From positions 532 through 64,531 of the forward strand of contig JBPOIT010000008.1 of the NCBI GenBank assembly GCA_052034235.1: a stretch of DNA of 64,000 bases, read 5' to 3'. Positions 57,215-64,000 of the stretch are shown one piece after another. The position numbers were made by a program, and so were the translations under genes. Each line of letters starts with the position of its first letter. The stretch's first letter is position 1. Under the pieces are notes generated by a model, which was not told where the DNA came from, made no database searches, and saw nothing but the letters and a program-made list of their open reading frames with translations. The stretch is from Candidatus Levyibacteriota bacterium. Lineage in GTDB: Bacteria; Patescibacteriota; Microgenomatia; Levybacterales; UBA12049.

Positions 57215-57890
57215 ATGTATATCTATTTTATCAAACATGGCCTCGTTTGTATATATTGTGAACGATGAATTTCTTAAGTGGAACTCCATCCAGGCTCATT
57301 TTAAACGAATTTACGATACATTTCAACTATATATCTATACTATGTATTTAAAATATAGTATACCTGAATTCACTAGAAGCCCTAGGATATATGTACTTTA
57401 GATAAATAATGATATGTAAACAATAACAAAGGCAATAGGCCAAACAACTGCACTAATAACAAGGAATATTTTTATACTTCCTAGGACGACTTTCAATATT
57501 GGTATGTCAATAAGCTGCATAGTAAGCTTATTGATATTACCATATAGATTTATATATGCATTCATACATTAATTATTACTAAATTTTAGACTAGATAAGA
57601 TCCTAATATGGATCATTACCTTCGTAGAGACATGATACTTGCTACAGAAAGAGGTTTTCAATATCCTAGAAGGTCTATGCAAGCCATAATATTCAAGAGT
57701 TAGTTTCTTATATATTTTTTCTTCTTGTTAGACAATTAGATAATTTTTATATTGTGCTTTTCCTGGCTGAGGTATAAAATATTATCCGTGAATTATAGGA
57801 AAACGCACTCTTCAGTTTTATATCTATCTACGTATGATCAAATGTTAATAAATATTTAATCTCCAGCTCGTATGATACGCATGAAGTATT

Positions 57891-58313
57891 ATGAAAAGCT
57901 TGGTTTTATTCCTCATGGCTACGCTCTTCTTTTCGATTGCCCCTCATGTAGATGCCAGAAGTGGATGTTGCTCTCAGCATGGGGGAGTACGGGCAGATGG
58001 TTGTGCCTGCAATGACGGCTCTTCACTAAGTGCCAAGTGTGCGCCTTACTATTCATGTACTGCTGCTGAACCTGTGCAGAAAAAAAACATTATAAAACCT
58101 ATATATCCCACAGCTACAAAAACACCAATCAAACTCCAGGTTAAACCGACAATGAAGAAAACAAAATTAACTCCAACACCTACTGTTTTTCTAGAAACGC
58201 CTACTATAAAACCTACTTCGAAAGCACAAAAGCCGATTACACTACAAAAAGATACCCAACAGAAGCAAAGTGGATTTTTAAACTTTTTCCTCTCACTTTT
58301 TGGAATGAACTAA
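57891..58313 (+). CDS. secreted Cys-rich / Thr-Pro-Lys-rich hypothetical protein
   Basis: Signal peptide, Cys-rich module (RSGCCSQHGG...CACNDG...KCAPYYSC), then a T/P/K low-complexity region. Confidence 0.45.
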   Translation: MKSLVLFLMATLFFSIAPHVDARSGCCSQHGGVRADGCACNDGSSLSAKCAPYYSCTAAEPVQKKNIIKPIYPTATKTPIKLQVKPTMKKTKLTPTPTVFLETPTIKPTSKAQKPITLQKDTQQKQSGFLNFFLSLFGMN

Positions 58314-58778
58314 ATGAAACAACTTGTGTATACCCTTGTATGGGGAGCCATTTTATTCGGTGGTTATATATTTTTTACCAGTGATAAAACTAGTAGTAAT
58401 GTTTCATTCTCCTCTCGATATTTCGATAGTACAGAATACTCATCTGAAGAAGAATCGAACACAATAAGTTATGAGGATGCAATCTCAGATAACTGGGATG
58501 AAATTCGAGATTATATTGATGCAACTGAAACAATAGAAGCTTGCTCTGATTCAAATGGTAACTGTTATGATCTTGAAGCAGATATTTCTGAAGGATGTAT
58601 TGATACTATCTATTTTGACAATGGGGGATATTTAAATTTTTATAGTGCATGTTTTAACGAGGATGGTTATACATATGATAGTGATGAAAATGGCGACGAT
58701 TGGGAATTTAACCTTGATATGGGTTCTTCGCTTGTTACAGAAGCAATAGATGAATGGGCATCTGAAAGCGATCTCTGA
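58314..58778 (+). CDS. membrane-anchored acidic hypothetical protein
   Basis: N-terminal TM helix and a D/E-rich, Cys-containing extracytoplasmic region. Start codon overlaps the upstream stop (TAAATG). Confidence 0.45.
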   Translation: MKQLVYTLVWGAILFGGYIFFTSDKTSSNVSFSSRYFDSTEYSSEEESNTISYEDAISDNWDEIRDYIDATETIEACSDSNGNCYDLEADISEGCIDTIYFDNGGYLNFYSACFNEDGYTYDSDENGDDWEFNLDMGSSLVTEAIDEWASESDL

Positions 58779-58842
58779 ATAGAATAAATATATTATTGCC
58801 CATCAAACAATCCTTATACAGCTTGCAATAAAAAGACCCATA

Positions 58843-59175
58843 GTGCATAATTGCCACTATGAAAAAACTCAATTGGACTATTATAATTGTCGCTCTTCTT
58901 TTGAGCCTTGCATTACTTGGTTATGTCACCCTCAACTATATTTCAAACAAAATGAGCTAAGAGTTCAAAGAGACAATATTAAACTATTAGCCCTAAAGGA
59001 AACTGAGGTTAAAGAGTGTCTTCAAAAGGTAGAGAAGGATTATCTACGTAAGTATGATTTAGTGCCCACTAAGGACTATCCTGATGCTAGGAGATGGCAT
59101 AATGATGCAGTAGGTAAGGTTGTTGAGGAAAAATATAATAACGATCGGGATTTTTGTTTGAAGCTAAACAAATAG
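58843..59175 (+). CDS. hypothetical protein (possible frameshifted secreted protein)
   Basis: 110-aa ORF. A 33-aa signal-peptide ORF (MKKLNWTIIIVALLLSLALLG...) in another frame overlaps its 5' part. Confidence 0.3.
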   Translation: MHNCHYEKTQLDYYNCRSSFEPCITWLCHPQLYFKQNELRVQRDNIKLLALKETEVKECLQKVEKDYLRKYDLVPTKDYPDARRWHNDAVGKVVEEKYNNDRDFCLKLNK

Positions 59176-59513
59176 ATCTTGTTCTTAATTCTCTTTATCT
59201 TTTTGAATTCTACTATCCTGCAACACAACCAAATTTTCCTTACTCTAGCCGAATGATTTAATATTGCTTCTAGTTTATGATGAACTTGAAGATTTTTAAA
59301 CTTTAAAGGAGTAATTGTAAATAGCATCTGAATGCAATGCGGTTCTGCAAAGATATCGAGGAGTTAAGTAAATGTAATTTTAAAAGAGTAGTACATATCC
59401 TATGTATTAAGATTATACACCCACCTGATTAATAGGATAAAATTTAATATATTTTTAATCTATCTAAGCGATAATATGCGACGAGATATATAGTTAACTC
59501 TATTCAATCAAAA

Positions 59514-59810
59514 GTGAATTATCTTGCCATTATTAGTACGCTTGCCTTATTATTTGGGATCCCTAATGGCTGGGGATATGACTATTATGTTTTATTAAGA
59601 ATTCTTATCTTTACTTCTGCATCAGTTCTTGCTTTTAATCTGTATAAAAAAAATACATTTATAATAACTATTTTTCTTGTAATAGCAATTCTTTTCAACC
59701 CGTTCTTTCCGATCCATTTACATAAAAGTGCATGGATTATTATCGATTTTATATCTGCTATAGTATTTCTCTCTTCAGTTTCATTAACTAAAAATAAACA
59801 TGGAAAATAA
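59514..59810 (+). CDS. small membrane protein
   Basis: 98 aa with three predicted TM helices. AT-rich. Confidence 0.4.
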   Translation: MNYLAIISTLALLFGIPNGWGYDYYVLLRILIFTSASVLAFNLYKKNTFIITIFLVIAILFNPFFPIHLHKSAWIIIDFISAIVFLSSVSLTKNKHGK

Positions 59811-60243
59811 TTCTACAACAATTAATAGAAATGAAAGCGATTTGGCCATAGGTACATTTGTAGAAAAATGGCCAGAATGGATTAGGTGGATACTCTTCAT
59901 CCCTGCTTCTTTTATTGTTCCTATTCTATTTTTTGCCATTCAAAAATTTACTGCAGAATTATACATGGGCACTGATGGAGGGATAATAATGGATTTTTTG
60001 GGTAACATGATTATGGGTGGGGGCATTGTTGCAATCGGCGCCATGGTTGCTCCAAGAAACCAATTTTTTATTGGAATAATTATGCTTCTTCTTGTTACCA
60101 TATTGGGAATTCTAAGTTTATTTGGAGAGCTCTCAACCAATGAGATACATCCAGTTATGGCATTATTACATGTTATTTCGTTTGTAGGTTCTGGTGTTTA
60201 TGCGCTTAATTTTATACACAAGACTGAAAAGGGAGAGGAATGA
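59800..60243 (+). CDS. membrane protein
   Basis: 147 aa with four predicted TM helices. Overlaps the previous ORF by 11 nt. Confidence 0.45.
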   Translation: MENNSTTINRNESDLAIGTFVEKWPEWIRWILFIPASFIVPILFFAIQKFTAELYMGTDGGIIMDFLGNMIMGGGIVAIGAMVAPRNQFFIGIIMLLLVTILGILSLFGELSTNEIHPVMALLHVISFVGSGVYALNFIHKTEKGEE

Positions 60244-60731
60244 TATTAAAAAAAATTATTAAAGTTATATTTATTATTTTATGTTTGATTACTTGGGTAG
60301 GAGTATTCGCATTAGATGATTACACATGGCAGGATTCGTATATTAATAATAATGATTATTTTTTGTATAAAAAGTACAGTAACGTTCTGGATTTAACTTG
60401 CATTTACTGTTGGTTTAAACAACCAGTAAATAGCATAGGCCTTGTAGATAAAAATGAAACTAAGTATTTAGGTAATAATATATATTTCATTAAACTTATA
60501 TGGGTCAACAAAGAATTTGGTTCTAGTAAGAAAACAGAAGTCTTTAGTCATTTTACCGATTGCTATAACAAGAAAAATGGATGGTTAAAGAATGGTAATA
60601 ACATTCCAGACATCAATACAGATATGAGTACTGTAAAATGGTCAAGTTTTAGCGATAATAAAGAAGTCGACGACTCACAAGCACTTTATGAAGAACAATG
60701 TAAATTTCTCCAAGAAAGATTTAAAAAATAG
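60240..60731 (+). CDS. hypothetical secreted/membrane-anchored protein
   Basis: N-terminal TM/signal segment. Asn/Tyr/Lys-rich. No family recognised. Confidence 0.45.
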   Translation: MILKKIIKVIFIILCLITWVGVFALDDYTWQDSYINNNDYFLYKKYSNVLDLTCIYCWFKQPVNSIGLVDKNETKYLGNNIYFIKLIWVNKEFGSSKKTEVFSHFTDCYNKKNGWLKNGNNIPDINTDMSTVKWSSFSDNKEVDDSQALYEEQCKFLQERFKK

Positions 60732-60757
60732 CTTCATTTTTTTTATTAAGCGAGACT

Positions 60758-60898
60758 ATGAAACTTCCCAAAGGACTAAGTGTGGACAATAGATCCGTCG
60801 TTTGGAACCCAATCCTCGAATCTATCTTCATAGTATACCAGAAATTAGTAGATTATGGATTCATGTATTTTGAAGAAGGATACGGATGTAGAAAATAG
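60758..60898 (+). CDS. small conserved ORF (46 aa), leader module copy 1
   Basis: MKLPKGLSVDNRSVVWNPILESIFIVYQKLVDYGFMYFEEGYGCRK. Paralogous at protein level to the 39-aa ORF at 61706..61825; substitutions are mostly conservative, which argues for coding selection. Confidence 0.5.
   Translation: MKLPKGLSVDNRSVVWNPILESIFIVYQKLVDYGFMYFEEGYGCRK
60776..60886 (+). repeat. direct repeat copy 1 (about 110 bp, roughly 85% identical to copy 2)
   Basis: GTGGACAATAGATCCGTCGTTTGGAACCC...TACCAGAAATTAGTAGATTATGGATTCATGTATTTTGAAGAAGGA aligns with 61709..61810. Confidence 0.7.
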
Positions 60899-60959
60899 TA
60901 GTTAAATATATAAATCTTCAAGAGTTGAAAATACTATAAGTCTGTGATATGCTTCGGTT

Positions 60960-61697
60960 ATGGCTGAAAAATATTTCCCAGGTTTTGAATTTAGAAGGAA
61001 AGAACGAGTCAATCCAATAGAAATAGTTACTTTTGTTGCTGAAAGTGGAGCTGTGCATTCAAATCCAAGAGAAACAATTCGTTTAAGTGATTTATGTGAT
61101 CTGGAAGATATTGCTGAAGAATCAACTCCCAAAGTATGGAATCAAAACAAGCTTAATCAAGAATTCACAAGTCATTTAAATAGTCTGGGTAGACAAATTA
61201 AGCATCCAGGATTAACGATGAGGCAAAGAACTATGCAATTTGTTACTCGTGAAGCAATGAGACCGAAGAATGATATCGAGAGACAATTGTTAGTAGAAAG
61301 ATATGGAGACTATGTTGCTGATGGTGCAGCTGGGGATTGTACTCGTAATCCTAATGGAACTTTTACCTTGCGAATTGGCTTCTTAGGACAAGAAGATACT
61401 GCATCAAAAGAAGAAGTACTCGATGTAATGGCACATGAATATGGACATACACTCGGAAGTGACATTTCTGATCCTACTTTCGAGGAATTAAAGGCGTACA
61501 CGTTTGCAAGATTACTTATGAGACAGACTCAAGATGTAGAATATGGCGGTACTTTATTAGATAATTCTACAGTTCATAACACAGCGCAGTTATGGCTAGA
61601 ACAACTCGTAGCGAATGGTATTAGTGAAGAAAAAGTACTTGCCCATTTAACGGGTAATAAGTTTGGCACTTCCTATCCTGATGATTATCGTAAATAA
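60960..61697 (+). CDS. HExxH metallopeptidase-like protein (ImmA/IrrE-like?)
   Basis: 245 aa with MAHEYGHTLG (HExxH) and a downstream Glu-rich helix. No further family resolution. Confidence 0.5.
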   Translation: MAEKYFPGFEFRRKERVNPIEIVTFVAESGAVHSNPRETIRLSDLCDLEDIAEESTPKVWNQNKLNQEFTSHLNSLGRQIKHPGLTMRQRTMQFVTREAMRPKNDIERQLLVERYGDYVADGAAGDCTRNPNGTFTLRIGFLGQEDTASKEEVLDVMAHEYGHTLGSDISDPTFEELKAYTFARLLMRQTQDVEYGGTLLDNSTVHNTAQLWLEQLVANGISEEKVLAHLTGNKFGTSYPDDYRK

Positions 61698-61705
61698 AAT
61701 CTACT

Positions 61706-61825
61706 ATGGTGGACAATAAGTCCGTCGTTTGGAACCCCTTGTTTGATTCTATCCTCAGATTATACCAGAAATTAGTAGATTTGGGATTCACTATTTTCGA
61801 AGAGAAGGAGGATTCCCATGAATAA
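61706..61825 (+). CDS. small conserved ORF (39 aa), leader module copy 2, translationally coupled to the PLD-like gene
   Basis: MVDNKSVVWNPLFDSILRLYQKLVDLGFTIFEEKEDSHE. Its stop overlaps the downstream ATG (cccATGAATAA). AAGGAGG SD for the downstream gene lies inside it. Confidence 0.5.
   Translation: MVDNKSVVWNPLFDSILRLYQKLVDLGFTIFEEKEDSHE
61709..61810 (+). repeat. direct repeat copy 2
   Basis: Aligns to 60782..60886 (see copy 1). Confidence 0.7.
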
Positions 61826-62258
61826 TTCACGGCTCTATGACGAAAAGACGTTCTATGATGCGTTTGTGACTGATCTAAACGCCTGTAGACAAGAGATAGT
61901 CATCGAAAGCCCTTTTATTACTTCAAGCAGGATGAGAAGCCTTAAATCCTATTTTGAAAGCCTCGTTGAAAGAAACGTAAAAGTATACGTTATTACGCGT
62001 GATCCGAAGGAGCATAGTAATGGCTATGATATTGAGGCTGAAGAGGAAATACAGTATTTTGAAGCTATCGGCGTACAAGTTTTGCTTTGCTCAGGCAATC
62101 ATCACAGGAAACTCGCTATTTTGGACCGAAAGATATTGTGGGAAGGATCACTGAATATTTTATCCCAGGCACACAGCCGGGAGATTATGAGGAGGATTGA
62201 CAGTAGGAAGATAACAGAAGAAACGATGCAGTTTCTCAAGTTGAGCAAGTTTCTCTGA
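61818..62258 (+). CDS. PLD-family (Nuc-like) HxK nuclease domain protein
   Basis: Single HxKx4D motif (HHRKLAILD) followed by GSLN. 146 aa, the size of stand-alone Nuc-type endonucleases. Confidence 0.65.
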   Translation: MNNSRLYDEKTFYDAFVTDLNACRQEIVIESPFITSSRMRSLKSYFESLVERNVKVYVITRDPKEHSNGYDIEAEEEIQYFEAIGVQVLLCSGNHHRKLAILDRKILWEGSLNILSQAHSREIMRRIDSRKITEETMQFLKLSKFL

Positions 62259-62276
62259 TTCTGGTATACTGCGCAT

Positions 62277-62462
62277 ATGAGCAACACAAAATACACAGAA
62301 GATGAATTTCAATGGGCGATAGAGGAGCTGAAGAAAAAGCATCCTGAACGAGCTACTAGAGAGCAGGCAATCAGTTTACTTGATTCTTTAGGTGAATTGC
62401 CCAAATATATGATTGAAAAGATCGCGAAGGACAAAAAATCCGGCAAACTCAGCAAAAATTAA
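62277..62462 (+). CDS. small hypothetical protein (61 aa)
   Basis: Charged helical ORF. Converges on and overlaps the XRE gene by 4 nt. Confidence 0.35.
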   Translation: MSNTKYTEDEFQWAIEELKKKHPERATREQAISLLDSLGELPKYMIEKIAKDKKSGKLSKN

Positions 62463-62659
62463 TCAACTGAGTACGAGACTTTTATTTTGAGGATTTTAAG
62501 AATTGTATCGCGAGTATCCTGAGAAGCATTTTCCTCCCCACGCTCAAACCTCGCATACCAATTGGCATTCACACCAGCTTTTTCAGCCACCTGCTGTTGC
62601 GTCAGCTTCAGTTTATGCCTAGCTTCTTTTAATAATCTCCCTAACTGCTTATCTCCCAT
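62459..62659 (-). CDS. XRE-family HTH transcriptional regulator
   Basis: LTQQQVAEKAGVNANWYARFERGE is the classic XRE HTH. 66 aa. Divergent from the 62792 operon. Confidence 0.75.
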   Translation of the reverse strand: MGDKQLGRLLKEARHKLKLTQQQVAEKAGVNANWYARFERGEENASQDTRDTILKILKIKVSYSVD

Positions 62660-62791
62660 ACGTTATACGGATAGTATAGCATTTTTATATACACTCAAAT
62701 ACATCGATGATAATATGTCTTATTCAAAAAGTCATTTATTTGAAAAAGACTATCGCCGTTGTTATAAATATCTGGTATATTTAATTAACCT

Positions 62792-63508
62792 ATGAAATCT
62801 CCTAATACCTCTTATGACCATATTCATATGAAAAATAGGAAACGAACTGAAGGCCCTGAATCCGCGTTAGTTGACTCATTTTTAATGTCATTCGAAGAGA
62901 TGTTTGGTGAAAAGGGTCTTAAATTTTCGGTTTTTATTGAACCCTATATCGATATCGGGTTTCCAGATATCATTGGTGTATTGTGGGATGAAAAATCGAC
63001 TAAAGTTTGGTCAAAAGAAAGAATGTTGATAAATAGTAAAGATATACGAATACTCAATCACTTAAGTTTACAAGATAAACTAAAAAGCGAACTTGATCTT
63101 CATAGGGAGTTGGGATATTCAGAAAGAGAAGTAGATAGAAGTATTACTCGGTTAAATAACGCTGGTTTAATTATTCCGACAAGAAATAAGTATAAAGCAT
63201 GTCCTCTTAAGAAAGTCTTTGCTCCCAGAAGAATAATTGCAATAGAGGCAAAAATGAGTGACTGGAAAGGTGCCTTTAGACAGGCAAGAATCAATAAATG
63301 GTTCGCTTCTGAGTCATATGTACTTTTCCCTGGTGAAGCTGCTAGAAAAGATATTCTTGATTATTCAAAATTTAGCCAAATTGGTGTAATAGCAAAAGAA
63401 AGGAATAATTTTGTACATCTTTCTAACTCAGAAAAAATAAACATTCCAACATCATACGGGTCATGGCTTATAAATGAATGGCTTATAAAATCATTATATT
63501 ATCAATAG
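62792..63508 (+). CDS. hypothetical protein with possible PD-(D/E)xK-like nuclease motifs and internal winged-helix-like segment
   Basis: 238 aa. Motifs EPYIDIGFPDIIGVLWDEK and IIAIEAKMSDW resemble PD...(D/E)xK. 1-nt gap to the downstream kinase gene. Confidence 0.4.
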   Translation: MKSPNTSYDHIHMKNRKRTEGPESALVDSFLMSFEEMFGEKGLKFSVFIEPYIDIGFPDIIGVLWDEKSTKVWSKERMLINSKDIRILNHLSLQDKLKSELDLHRELGYSEREVDRSITRLNNAGLIIPTRNKYKACPLKKVFAPRRIIAIEAKMSDWKGAFRQARINKWFASESYVLFPGEAARKDILDYSKFSQIGVIAKERNNFVHLSNSEKINIPTSYGSWLINEWLIKSLYYQ

Positions 63509-63509
63509 A

Positions 63510-64000
63510 ATGAGTAAATTAAATTTACAAGATGTATCAACTGCCTTTACCAATATAACTAATATCAAGCCTCTACCCTCAGGTGGTCAAAAACAAGTTT
63601 TTTCTGGAGAAAATAAAAACAATTCACTTGTAATTAAGTTATTGGATAGCATTAATAGCACAGAAAGACTACAACGAGAGATAGATGCTGTAAAAATATT
63701 AAATTCTGATAATATACCTAAAATACTGGGGCTTGGAGAAAAAGAAATAAATGGAGAAAAATATAACTACATAATCGAAGAATATATAGACGGAGAGGAT
63801 TTAGATAATCAACACAAAAAGGGTAATAAACTAAACCTTCAACAAATCGTAAATTGTTTGGAAACGATATTAGAAATATGTGTGAATGCAGAAAAAAAAG
63901 AAGTAGATATCGTTCACAGAGATATAAAGCCTGGGAATATTATACTAGATAAAAATGGTAAATTTTGGCTAATAGATTTTGGAATAGCAAGACATTTAAA
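63510..64000 (+). CDS. Hanks-type Ser/Thr protein kinase, 3'-truncated by the window end
   Basis: Gly-rich loop region, VIKLL lysine, HRDIKPGNIILD catalytic loop, DFGIAR. Runs off the window and is absent from the ORF track because it has no stop. Confidence 0.7.
   Translation, partial: MSKLNLQDVSTAFTNITNIKPLPSGGQKQVFSGENKNNSLVIKLLDSINSTERLQREIDAVKILNSDNIPKILGLGEKEINGEKYNYIIEEYIDGEDLDNQHKKGNKLNLQQIVNCLETILEICVNAEKKEVDIVHRDIKPGNIILDKNGKFWLIDFGIARHL

Noticed and set aside
57398-57520. 40-aa hydrophobic minus-strand ORF (MQLIDIPILKVVLGSIKIFLVISAVVWPIAFVIVYISLFI) in the long non-coding stretch after tRNA-Phe. Possible small membrane toxin or holin-like peptide.
   Set aside because: No RBS, very AT-rich, and short enough to arise by chance. 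Kept as a note under the 57.2-60.7 kb finding rather than as a feature.
1-64000. CRISPR arrays, rRNA genes, integrase/transposase genes and IS elements.
   Set aside because: No regularly spaced short repeats, no rRNA-like conserved stretches and no recombinase or transposase motifs were seen in any frame. The islands appear to lack their mobility genes.

Overview
This 64-kb window looks like low-GC bacterial chromosome of the compact, hypothetical-rich, reduced-genome kind. That lineage guess is inference only. The core is ordinary housekeeping and transport: endonuclease III, TypA/BipA, UNG, RsuA/RluB-type and TruB pseudouridine synthases, class II photolyase, PEP synthase, CysS-like ligase, RNase II-family RNB protein, HPF, UspA, MarR-EmrB pair, Crp/Fnr regulator, a PAS histidine kinase, and a VanW / L,D-transpeptidase / Rpf cell-wall cluster. 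Three tRNAs lie on the minus strand: Gln-UUG, Gly-GCC and Phe-GAA. Three AT-rich accessory patches stand out. The first (about 11.9-16.3 kb) abuts tRNA-Gln and has a weak att-like repeat. It carries a 673-aa OLD-family nuclease (ABC ATPase plus TOPRIM), a 285-aa unknown partner and a frameshifted GNAT, and is flanked by two paralogous GH26-like secreted hydrolases and a stand-alone Hanks-type Ser/Thr kinase. The second (57.2-60.7 kb) follows tRNA-Phe with 670 bp of non-coding DNA and small secreted or membrane ORFans. The third (60.7 kb to the window end) is the most unusual. Two paralogous 39-46-aa ORFs, embedded in a roughly 110-bp direct repeat, each precede a different hydrolase: an HExxH metallopeptidase-like protein and a PLD/Nuc-like HxK nuclease. 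These are followed by a divergent XRE regulator, a nuclease-like protein with a PD-D/ExK-like motif, and a second Hanks kinase truncated by the window edge. I also record a perfect CRP/FNR-type palindrome (TGTGA-N6-TCACA), inverted paralogous membrane-protein genes bracketing a redox/metal cluster, and a GT4 / phosphatase / short CysS-like / HAD cluster. No CRISPR array, rRNA or integrase was found.
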